Of a stretch of DNA of 64,000 nucleotides, positions 56,445 to 64,000 are shown in pieces. Below the pieces are notes generated by a model. That model was given only the letters and a program-made list of their open reading frames with translations, was not told where the DNA came from and made no database searches. The DNA is from Chloroflexota bacterium (GTDB lineage Bacteria; Chloroflexota; Limnocylindria; Limnocylindrales; CSP1-4): positions 179-64,178 of the forward strand of contig PNAP01000025.1 of assembly GCA_003169735.1 (NCBI GenBank). Direction: 5' to 3'. The translations under genes and the position numbers were made by a program. Within the stretch, counting starts at the first letter, position 1, and every line of letters starts with the position of its first letter.

Positions 56445-58037
56445 TCAGGGGGTCGCCGGCCAACTTGCGTCGATGGCGTCGAGGACGGTCTTGGTGTCGG
56501 GGTTCGTCCCTCCACCGTTGATCCAGTCCGTCAACTCGGACCATTCCGTTCCTGCGCCGACCGCGGCCGGCATCAGGTCAGAAGCGTCGAAACCGAAGGA
56601 CGTCGCCTTCGCGACGATGTCGGCTGCGACCTGAAGCTTGTACGCCCCCGCATACCAATCGGTCGGCGTGGTCGAGTTTGCGGAGATGGCGCTGCCTGCC
56701 TGGATCCAGCGCTCGGTGCCTTCGGGGGTGGCGAGGAACTCGGCCACAGCCTCGACCTCGGGCCGAACGGCAGAGCCATCCGGGGGAGCGGGGACGAGGA
56801 GCGTGTCGCCAGAGCCCTCGACCGGCGTTCCCTCGGCGGGATCGATGGTCGGGAAGTAGAACAGGCCGATGTCCTGTCCGAGGATGTACTTGGACACCGT
56901 GCCGGCGCCGCCGGCCTTGACATCCGGGAAGAAGTCCGGGCCGTACCACGTGGCCTGCTTCTGCATCCAGCAGCCGGGCGTCGTGGCGGTCCAGTTGTCA
57001 GTGCCGTCCGTCGGGAACATCGGGTCCATCGGGTCGGTCTGCGGCGTTGCGATGATGGAGGTCGGGCCACCAGCGACGTAGCCCGGCGTGAAGAAGATCT
57101 TGGCTGCGTCGTTCATCGCAAGCGTGACCTGCGGAGAATCGAACAGCAGCTTGTGGGTGATCCAGTTGTTGTAGTCGCTGATGGGCGCGGTCTTGAGCAT
57201 GATCTCTTCGAGCCAGTCAGTGGCCTGCCAGCCGGTCGCGGTGCCGGCACCCATGCCGATGCACCACGGATGGCCGCCAGCCGCAACGATCTGGTCGGAC
57301 AGGGCCATGAGGTCGTCCCACGTCTTCGGCACGGCGTACCCGGCGGCCGCGAAGGACTTGATGGGATACCAGACGACGGACTTGACGTCGACCTTGTACG
57401 GAACGCCCCAGATATGGGTGCCATCGGTCAGGTTGCCGATGGTCGCCTGGTGCTCAGCGGTGAGCTTGGTGGGGTCCATGAACGTCGCGACGTCGACGAG
57501 CTTGTTCTCCTTGCCATACGCGACGACCGCGGACGGCTGGGCAAGCATCGCCAGGTCAGGCGGAGCGCCACCCTCGATGCGCGTGCGAAGCACGGTCTCG
57601 TGGCTGGAGCCGACGCCCTCGATGTTGACGACGATGCCGGTCGCGGCCTCGAAGTCAGCCAGTGATGCGGTGAAGTTGGCGCCCTCGCCGCCGATCCACT
57701 GGGTCTGGATGTCGACGGTCTTGCCCGCGTAGGGCTTGTCCGAACCGAGCGCCTTGTCGAGCTCGGTATAGCCGGTCGGAACCTTCGGCACGGCCGGCGT
57801 GAGTGCGGCGGTGGCCGTCGGCGCGGGCGTCCCGGTGGGGGCGGTCGTGGCGGTCGGCGCGGGCGTCCCGGTTGCCGGAGCCGGAGTCACGACGGGTGTC
57901 GGCACCGGCGTCCCGGTTGCGGGAGCCGGAGTCACAACGGGTGTCGGCACGGGCGTCGGTGACGTCGTCGTGCCCCCGCAGGCCGCGAACACAAGCCCAA
58001 ACGAGGCTGCGAGCGCGAGCCATCTGTGTTTCTGCAT
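56445..58037 (-). CDS. Carbohydrate ABC substrate-binding lipoprotein (AglE-like)
   Basis: Lipobox FAAC; P/T linker with 15-aa duplication; KSVVWY, PKTWD, WCIG, GWQATDWLE, FDASDLMP. Confidence 0.9.
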   Translation of the reverse strand: MQKHRWLALAASFGLVFAACGGTTTSPTPVPTPVVTPAPATGTPVPTPVVTPAPATGTPAPTATTAPTGTPAPTATAALTPAVPKVPTGYTELDKALGSDKPYAGKTVDIQTQWIGGEGANFTASLADFEAATGIVVNIEGVGSSHETVLRTRIEGGAPPDLAMLAQPSAVVAYGKENKLVDVATFMDPTKLTAEHQATIGNLTDGTHIWGVPYKVDVKSVVWYPIKSFAAAGYAVPKTWDDLMALSDQIVAAGGHPWCIGMGAGTATGWQATDWLEEIMLKTAPISDYNNWITHKLLFDSPQVTLAMNDAAKIFFTPGYVAGGPTSIIATPQTDPMDPMFPTDGTDNWTATTPGCWMQKQATWYGPDFFPDVKAGGAGTVSKYILGQDIGLFYFPTIDPAEGTPVEGSGDTLLVPAPPDGSAVRPEVEAVAEFLATPEGTERWIQAGSAISANSTTPTDWYAGAYKLQVAADIVAKATSFGFDASDLMPAAVGAGTEWSELTDWINGGGTNPDTKTVLDAIDASWPATP

Positions 58038-58168
58038 CTGTACCTATCCTCCTCGTGGATCCTCGATCCTCAGACCCCGTGACGGCAAGGCGCCGTCATC
58101 TCGTCCTTCTTGATGGGTCCTCTCCGCCGTCGCAACGGCGTTGCCTCTTCCCGTCCTCCACCTCCTCC

Positions 58169-59218
58169 TCAAGGTCCCATTCGCGGGCGCATTCGGGCGA
58201 TGCCTGCGCGGGCGATCACCGCTGCCCCATGCGCCACCGGATCGGTGTCGCCTGGGACCACGCGGATGACACCAGCGGGCACCGCATGACGAATGAGCGA
58301 CGAACTGGCACGCTCCCGTTCCAGCTCGCGCTCGATGGGTTCGATGAAGGCGTCGCCGGATGCGACGACGCCACCGCCGATGTAGACGCGCTCGAGCCCG
58401 AACATCAGCACCAGGGCACGGACGGCTCGGGCAACATGGGCGCCGACTTCGGTGGCGATGCTTGCAGCCACGGGATCACCGGCGGCGGCAGCACGGAAGA
58501 CGGCCTCTGCCGTGACCGGCCCGTCGGCCAGCATCGTCGTCTGCCCGGCCTCCACCGCGGCGCGGCCGCGCCGCTCGATGGCCGGACCGGCAGCGACCGC
58601 TTCCAGGCACCCGCGCAACCCGCAGCCACACGACGGGCCGTTCGGGTCGGCGGAAACGTGGCCGATCTCGCCGGCCAGGCCGGCCGCGCCACGGACGGGT
58701 ACGCCATCGAGGACGATGCCGGCCGAGATGCCGGTGCCCATGCTCAGGTAGGCGATATGGGTCATGCGATAGTCGTCCTTGTCGGGCGGCGATTCGAACA
58801 GCCACGCAGCGGCGGCCCTCGCATCGTGCTCCACGAAACAGGGCACGCCCAGTGCCGTCTGGACCATGCCGGCGATCGGGAGCTCCCCTTCTTCAAGATT
58901 GACGGCCTGCCGGATCCGTCCGCCGGCTACGTCGATCTGGCCGGGCGCCGCGATGCCGACACCGACGAGCCGTCCAGCACCGACCGGCACCTGGGCGAGC
59001 GCCTCCCGTGCGGCGTCGATGACGGCATCGGTCAGGCCGCGGCGAGGCGTGACGACCTGTGCCCGACCGACCGGGCGGTCGGCCTCATCGAAGAGGACAG
59101 CGGCCGTCTTGGTTCCGCCGACGTCGATGCCGAGCACGAACGCGGTCATGGCCGCCGAGGCCGTCAACCTGTTCGATGCGGCAACAGGCGGCAGACCGGT
59201 GGCGGACGACTGGCTCAT
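58169..59218 (-). CDS. ROK family sugar kinase
   Basis: GIDVGGTKT, GTGISAG, AGEIGH, CGCGLRGCLE; no HTH. Confidence 0.88.
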   Translation of the reverse strand: MSQSSATGLPPVAASNRLTASAAMTAFVLGIDVGGTKTAAVLFDEADRPVGRAQVVTPRRGLTDAVIDAAREALAQVPVGAGRLVGVGIAAPGQIDVAGGRIRQAVNLEEGELPIAGMVQTALGVPCFVEHDARAAAAWLFESPPDKDDYRMTHIAYLSMGTGISAGIVLDGVPVRGAAGLAGEIGHVSADPNGPSCGCGLRGCLEAVAAGPAIERRGRAAVEAGQTTMLADGPVTAEAVFRAAAAGDPVAASIATEVGAHVARAVRALVLMFGLERVYIGGGVVASGDAFIEPIERELERERASSSLIRHAVPAGVIRVVPGDTDPVAHGAAVIARAGIARMRPRMGP

Positions 59219-59228
59219 CGGCGGTCGC

Positions 59229-60422
59229 TCATGCCGCTGGGCTCAATCCGAGTTCGCGGGTCATCAGCAGCGCGGCCGATCCCAGCACCACGATGTTGGG
59301 CGTCAGCTTGCCGATCTCGACGCGCGTCGCATCGACGAGCAGCGTCAGGGCGCTCCGTTGCGCCTCTCGCCGAATGGCAGCGAGCCAGGGATCGCCGAAG
59401 ACGGTCATCGCCCCGACCAGGATCACGTGCGATGGGTCGAGCGAGCCGATGAGCGCGCCGATGGTCCGTCCGAGGTGGTGGGCCGAGTCGAGGACCACCT
59501 CCCTCGCGAGCCTGTCGTGTGCCTCGAACGCTGAGACGAGGCGCGCGAACGTGATGTCTTCGGGATCCGTCGTGCCGTGGAGGACGGAGTCGGGCGCGTC
59601 CGGCGCGAGTTCCCGCGCTCGTTCGAGGACCGCGTGCATGGTGGCCACCGTCTCGAGGCACCCTACACGACCGCATCGACAGATGCGCCGGTTATCTGCG
59701 ACCGCCGTGTGTCCGATCTCGCCCGCTCCCGACCTGGTGCCCTGGAAGAGCCGGCCATCGAGCACCAGCCCCGCCCCGATGCCTTCGCCGACCTTGACCA
59801 CCAGGAGGTTGCTCGAGCCATGATGGCCGAAGGCGTACTCGGCCAACGCCGCCGCCTGCGAGTCGTTCGCGACATAGACCGGCAGCCGGTAGCGCTTCTG
59901 GAGCCGCTCGCCGAGCGCCAGGTCGTGCCAGTCGAGGTTGACCGCCCAGCGCACCGTCCCGGTCGCGGTATCGATGAAACCCGGCGTGCCCAGGCCGATG
60001 CCGAGGAGTGGCTTGTCGGTGGCGGCGACGAGCCGATCGAGCAGATCCTCGATGCGTGACAGGGCCTGTTCGCCGTCGCGGCCGTCAAGCGGCACCTGGG
60101 ATTCGTGGCGGACGTGGCCGCGCAGATCGACGATGGCCCCCGACACGCGGCTGTCACCGACGTCCACGCCGATCAAGTGGCGCGCCTCATCGGGCACGTT
60201 GAGCAGGATGGGCGCCTTGCCGCCGGTCGAGCGACCCGTGCCCACCTCTTCGGTCAGGCCGGAGCGGATGAGGTGCTCGACGGCGCCAGAAACGGTCGTG
60301 CGGGTCAGGCCCGTGGCTCGCGCGACATCAGCGCGACTGGTCGGGCTGCTGTCGTAGATGACCTTCAGCACGAGCCGTTGGTTGAACAGGCGTGTCCCTT
60401 GATTGGTGGCCTTCTGGAGCAC
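59229..60422 (-). CDS. ROK family transcriptional repressor (NagC/XylR-like)
   Basis: SRADVARATGLTRTTVS HTH, STGGK, GEIGH, CRCGRVGCLE; GTG start inferred. Confidence 0.9.
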   Translation of the reverse strand: MLQKATNQGTRLFNQRLVLKVIYDSSPTSRADVARATGLTRTTVSGAVEHLIRSGLTEEVGTGRSTGGKAPILLNVPDEARHLIGVDVGDSRVSGAIVDLRGHVRHESQVPLDGRDGEQALSRIEDLLDRLVAATDKPLLGIGLGTPGFIDTATGTVRWAVNLDWHDLALGERLQKRYRLPVYVANDSQAAALAEYAFGHHGSSNLLVVKVGEGIGAGLVLDGRLFQGTRSGAGEIGHTAVADNRRICRCGRVGCLETVATMHAVLERARELAPDAPDSVLHGTTDPEDITFARLVSAFEAHDRLAREVVLDSAHHLGRTIGALIGSLDPSHVILVGAMTVFGDPWLAAIRREAQRSALTLLVDATRVEIGKLTPNIVVLGSAALLMTRELGLSPAA

Positions 60423-60440
60423 AGCACCGCTCGACTTGGA

Positions 60441-60499
60441 CTTTGTCCATGGGCTGAACAAAGCCACGATACGCCCCTTTGTCAAGGCTATGGACTAAG
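60441..60499. promoter_or_regulatory. Two 23-bp ROK-type operator palindromes
   Basis: CTTTGTCCATGGGCTGAACAAAG (60441-60463) and CTTTGTCAAGGCTATGGACTAAG (60477-60499). Confidence 0.72.
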
Positions 60500-60548
60500 T
60501 CCAACCAGGCAGTCAGTCCGCGCAACAAAGCATGCGTGAGGCCCCTCG

Positions 60549-60604
60549 TTGACGGCCGCGAGCGGGACCGGCTAAACTCAATCCTGACCAGAACACTCGG
60601 GATT
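60549..60604 (+). promoter_or_regulatory. Sigma70-type promoter and IscR/Rrf2-like operator of the suf operon
   Basis: TTGACG-N18-TAAACT followed by palindrome AATCCTGACCAGAACACTCGGGATT. Confidence 0.72.
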
Positions 60605-60625
60605 AGGGTAGCCGCACCAGGACCT

Positions 60626-61156
60626 ATGAGAACCACCTTCCCCACCACCGGAGCCGTCCACTTCTCCACGCGCGGCGAATATGGCGTGCGCCTCATGGTC
60701 GAGCTTGCCCGCCATCACGGCACCGGGCCGATCAGCCTGACCGACATGGCCGATCATGAATCCCTGCCGCGGCCCTACCTCGAGCAACTCGTGGTCAGCC
60801 TGCGCGAAGCCGGCCTGGTGACGAGCACGCGCGGCGCCCACGGCGGCTACGAGCTGACGAGGGACCCGGCCGACATTCGCATGGGCGAGGTGGTGCGGGC
60901 TCTCGAAGGCCCCATCGCGCCGATGATCTGCGCGAGCGAGGATCCGGCCCACGCCGGCCTGTGCGAGCGAACGAGTTTCTGTAATGTGAACTCGCTCTGG
61001 GGCCGCGTCCGCGACGCGGTCATCGGTGCGCTCGATTCGCTCAGCCTGGCCGAGCTCGCCCAGCCCCGCCCGGCGCACCCGTTCCATCCAGGGGCGCCCG
61101 CGCAACTGGTGAGCCACCGACCGGCACCGTCGACCACCCAGACCGTCAGCCGATAG
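60626..61156 (+). CDS. Rrf2 family regulator (IscR-like, three Cys)
   Basis: STRGEYG, YLEQL, RGAHGGY, LEGP, C-x10-C-x5-C. Confidence 0.92.
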   Translation: MRTTFPTTGAVHFSTRGEYGVRLMVELARHHGTGPISLTDMADHESLPRPYLEQLVVSLREAGLVTSTRGAHGGYELTRDPADIRMGEVVRALEGPIAPMICASEDPAHAGLCERTSFCNVNSLWGRVRDAVIGALDSLSLAELAQPRPAHPFHPGAPAQLVSHRPAPSTTQTVSR

Positions 61157-61163
61157 GGACCGC

Positions 61164-62066
61164 ATGACATCGACCGAGACCGCCCCGACCGAGACCGCCC
61201 TAGCCGCGACCCACGCGCCCGTGACCGACTACCCCGTGGACGATGCCGTGCTCGACATCCGCGACCTGCACGTCGTGCCACTGGCCGAGCCCGGCCGCGA
61301 GATCCTCGCCGGCATCGACCTCACCGTCCGCAAGGGCGAGGTCCACGCGATCATGGGTCGCAACGGGTCGGGCAAGACGACGCTCGCCTACGCGCTCATG
61401 GGCCACCCCGGATACCGCGTCACGCACGGCGAGGTCATCTGGAAGGGGCTGGACATCCTCAAGCTCTCGCCCGACAAGCGGGCACGCCTGGGGCTCTTCC
61501 TCGCCTTCCAGTATCCGACCGCCATCCCCGGCCTCTCCGTGGCGAGTTTCCTGCGCACCGCCTTGAATGCCAGGCGACGCGGCCTCGCCGATGGCGACGG
61601 CGAGATCGACCCGTCCGACATGACTCGTGGCGGCATCAAGATGGGCGAATTCCGGACCCTCATCCGCGAGACGATGGCGCTGCTCAAGCTGGACGACGCG
61701 TTCGCTGCGCGCTACGTCAACGAGGGCTTCTCCGGCGGCGAGAAGAAGCGCCTCGAGATGCTCCAGATGGCGATGCTCAAGCCCGAGTTCGCCATCCTCG
61801 ACGAGACCGACTCCGGCCTCGACATCGATGCGCTGCAGTCGGTCGGCAACAGCGTCAACGCGCTGCGCCACAGCGACGAGGGCAAGGACATCGGCTTCCT
61901 CGTCATCACCCACTATCCGCGCATCCTCAAGCACGTCCCGGCCGACCTGGTGCACATCATGATCGACGGCCGGATCGTCAAGAGCGGCGGCCCGGAGCTC
62001 GCCGACGAGATCGAACGCGACGGCTACGACGCGGTCCGCGACGAGGTTGCCGCGACCAGTGTCTAG
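61164..62066 (+). CDS. sufC: Fe-S cluster assembly ATPase SufC
   Basis: GRNGSGKTT, LAFQYP, NEGFSGGEKKR, LDETDSGLDIDA, ITHY. Confidence 0.95.
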   Translation: MTSTETAPTETALAATHAPVTDYPVDDAVLDIRDLHVVPLAEPGREILAGIDLTVRKGEVHAIMGRNGSGKTTLAYALMGHPGYRVTHGEVIWKGLDILKLSPDKRARLGLFLAFQYPTAIPGLSVASFLRTALNARRRGLADGDGEIDPSDMTRGGIKMGEFRTLIRETMALLKLDDAFAARYVNEGFSGGEKKRLEMLQMAMLKPEFAILDETDSGLDIDALQSVGNSVNALRHSDEGKDIGFLVITHYPRILKHVPADLVHIMIDGRIVKSGGPELADEIERDGYDAVRDEVAATSV

Positions 62067-63462
62067 CGGCACCATCGCAGGCGTTACCGCGCCGGCGTTC
62101 ACCCCGACGGCGGCGACGCTCGAAACGGCGATCGCCTTCCTGGCGCAGCACCCCGGCCACGGCGGGGCGGTCGATGCCGCGACGCGCCGCGAAGCGTTGG
62201 CGCGCTACGAAGCGCTGCCCGCGCCCGGCGCGCGGCCCAGCCGCGGTTGGAAGTACGACTACGCGAACCTGCCGTTCGAGGATCTGAGCTGGACATCGGA
62301 CCGCCGCAGCGTCGCGACGAGCCCCTTCGCCGCCGCCGCGCCGCCCGACGCGTCCGGCGCCGATCACCCCGCGCTGCAGACCGCGAGCGCCGGCGGGCTC
62401 GTGCACCTCGGCGCGACGCTGCTCCACCTTCGACCGGCTCAGCATGACATGCCCGAGGCCGCGTCGCGACGCGATGCGCGCGTCGTCATCCTGCCGCTCG
62501 CCGACGCCGCCGGCGCGGCGGAGCCGGCGCTGATGCGCGCGCTCGACACGATCGTCGACTGGCGCGGCGACAAGTTCACCGCGCTCGCGACCGCGTTTCA
62601 GAACTGCGGCGCGTTCGTCTACGTCCCCGACGGTGTCCAACTCGACGAGCCGATCCAGCTCGTCTTCGCCGGCGCACCGGACGACGAAGCGGTTTTTCCG
62701 CACGTCGTCGTGGTGGTCGGCAACGGCGCACGCGCGACCGTGCTCGAGCGGCACGTCGGCGCCGGCGATCCGTTCGTGTGCGGGATCGTCGAAGCGCACG
62801 TCGGCGAGGGTGCGCAGCTCGACTACGCCGTCGTGCAGCAAGCCGGCGAAGCCGCCCGCCTGATGTTCACGCGCGGCGCACGCTGCGACCGCGACGGGCA
62901 GGTCCGCTGGCATCTGGCCGAGCTCGGCGGCGCGCTCGCGCGCACCGTCCTGGCCGCGCGGCTCGACGCACCCGGCGGTCGCGCCGAAGCCTCGGCGCTC
63001 TTCTTCAACACCGGAACCCAGCACGTCGACCTCCTCTCGGGCGTCGACCACACCGTTGGACCGACCACGTCCGACACCGTCGTGCGCAGCGCCGCGACCG
63101 ATCGCGGCCAAGGTCGCTACGTGGGCAACATCGTGATCCGGCCGAAGGCGCACGGTAGCGACGCCTCGTTGCGCGACGACGCGCTGCTGCTCTCGAAGCG
63201 GGCGCACATCGACTCCATCCCCGCCCTGGAGATCGCCGCCAACGACGTCAAGGCGTTCCACGGAGCGACCGTCGGATCGCTGGACGAAGACGCGCTCTTC
63301 TATGCGGGCACCCGCGGGATAGCGCGCGCCGAAGCGCTGCGCCTCATCACGCTGGGCTTTTTCGAGCCCGTGATCGCGCGCTTCCCGAGCGAGGCGCTGC
63401 GCGACGAGGTTCGCTCCGCGCTGGACCGCAAACTCGACGACGCGACGGAGCTCGGCGCATGA
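62059..63462 (+). CDS. sufD: Fe-S cluster assembly protein SufD
   Basis: GWKY, PALEIAANDVKAFHGATVG, LITLGFF; lacks SufB-type cysteine motifs. Confidence 0.88.
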   Translation: MSSGTIAGVTAPAFTPTAATLETAIAFLAQHPGHGGAVDAATRREALARYEALPAPGARPSRGWKYDYANLPFEDLSWTSDRRSVATSPFAAAAPPDASGADHPALQTASAGGLVHLGATLLHLRPAQHDMPEAASRRDARVVILPLADAAGAAEPALMRALDTIVDWRGDKFTALATAFQNCGAFVYVPDGVQLDEPIQLVFAGAPDDEAVFPHVVVVVGNGARATVLERHVGAGDPFVCGIVEAHVGEGAQLDYAVVQQAGEAARLMFTRGARCDRDGQVRWHLAELGGALARTVLAARLDAPGGRAEASALFFNTGTQHVDLLSGVDHTVGPTTSDTVVRSAATDRGQGRYVGNIVIRPKAHGSDASLRDDALLLSKRAHIDSIPALEIAANDVKAFHGATVGSLDEDALFYAGTRGIARAEALRLITLGFFEPVIARFPSEALRDEVRSALDRKLDDATELGA

Positions 63463-64000
63463 TCAGCGCCTCCGACCGCAAGCAGGAAGCGATCGTCGCC
63501 GACTTCCCGATCCTGGCCAAGCTCACGTCGCGCGGCAAACGACTCGTGTACCTCGACTCGGCCGCCTCGTCGCAGAAACCGCGCGCGGTGATCCAAGCGC
63601 TGGTCGACTACTACGAGAACGACAACGCCAACATCCACCGCGGCGTGTACGAGCTCGCCGCCCGCGCGACCGACGCGTTCGAGGGAGCGCGCGCGAAGGT
63701 CGCCCGCTTCGTGAACGCCGCGGATACCGCCGAGATCATCTGGACGCGCAACACGACCGAGGCCATCAACCTCGTCTCGTTCGCGTGGGGCTTGGCGAAC
63801 CTGGGCCCCGGCGATGCAATCCTCACGACGCAGCTCGAGCACCACTCGAACCTCGTGCCGTGGCAGCTCCTCGCCGCGAAGACGGGCGCCGAGCTGCGCT
63901 TCATCCCCGCCGACCGCGACGGCGTCCTGGTGCTCGATCATCTCGACGATCTGCTCGCCGGCGTGAAGCTCGTCGCGCTCGCGCACATCTCGAACACGAT
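63459..64000 (+). CDS. sufS: Cysteine desulfurase SufS (5' part; runs off window)
   Basis: DFPIL, VYLDSAASSQKP, NANIHRG, TRNTTEAIN, EHHSNLVPWQ; ATGA overlap with sufD. Confidence 0.93.
   Translation, partial: MISASDRKQEAIVADFPILAKLTSRGKRLVYLDSAASSQKPRAVIQALVDYYENDNANIHRGVYELAARATDAFEGARAKVARFVNAADTAEIIWTRNTTEAINLVSFAWGLANLGPGDAILTTQLEHHSNLVPWQLLAAKTGAELRFIPADRDGVLVLDHLDDLLAGVKLVALAHISNT

Noticed and set aside
57862..57957. 45-bp duplication in the binding-protein gene
   Set aside because: Ordinary Pro/Thr linker expansion of a lipoprotein

Overview
A GC-rich, gene-dense 64-kb bacterial window. Gene content and the many apparently leaderless genes suggest Chloroflexota, possibly class Limnocylindria; this is inference, not a search result. 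Contents in order: partial cyclophilin-like lipoprotein, divergent HisA-like barrel, DUF885, ltaE, tRNA-Asp, two CapA paralogs, an S53/TrmB/S8 protease locus, PIG-L deacetylase with two sulfotransferases, CoA-transferase III, and a NarX/NarL-type two-component system followed by a ferredoxin-fused GltD-like flavoprotein and two paralogous uncharacterised membrane proteins. Then FabL-like SDR, TauE/DUF1634, an MMPL-lipocalin fusion, OsmC, an orphan Flp pilin, KamA, two GT87-like genes, GH1/GH94/GH130, MFS, rhodanese, serine hydrolase, DarA, a Cys-less phycobiliprotein-like globin, DUF433, a 620-bp highly structured non-coding gap, DUF59, PduO, BI-1, a ROK/ABC/GH3/SIS amino-sugar operon, and Rrf2-sufC-sufD-sufS with no sufB. 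I saw no CRISPR array, transposase, integrase or rRNA. The best candidates for undescribed biology are the structured putative ncRNA (47480-47725) and the two-component-regulated Fe-S flavoprotein plus paired membrane protein module (19050-24395). All calls come from motif recognition by eye; no searches or folding programs were run.
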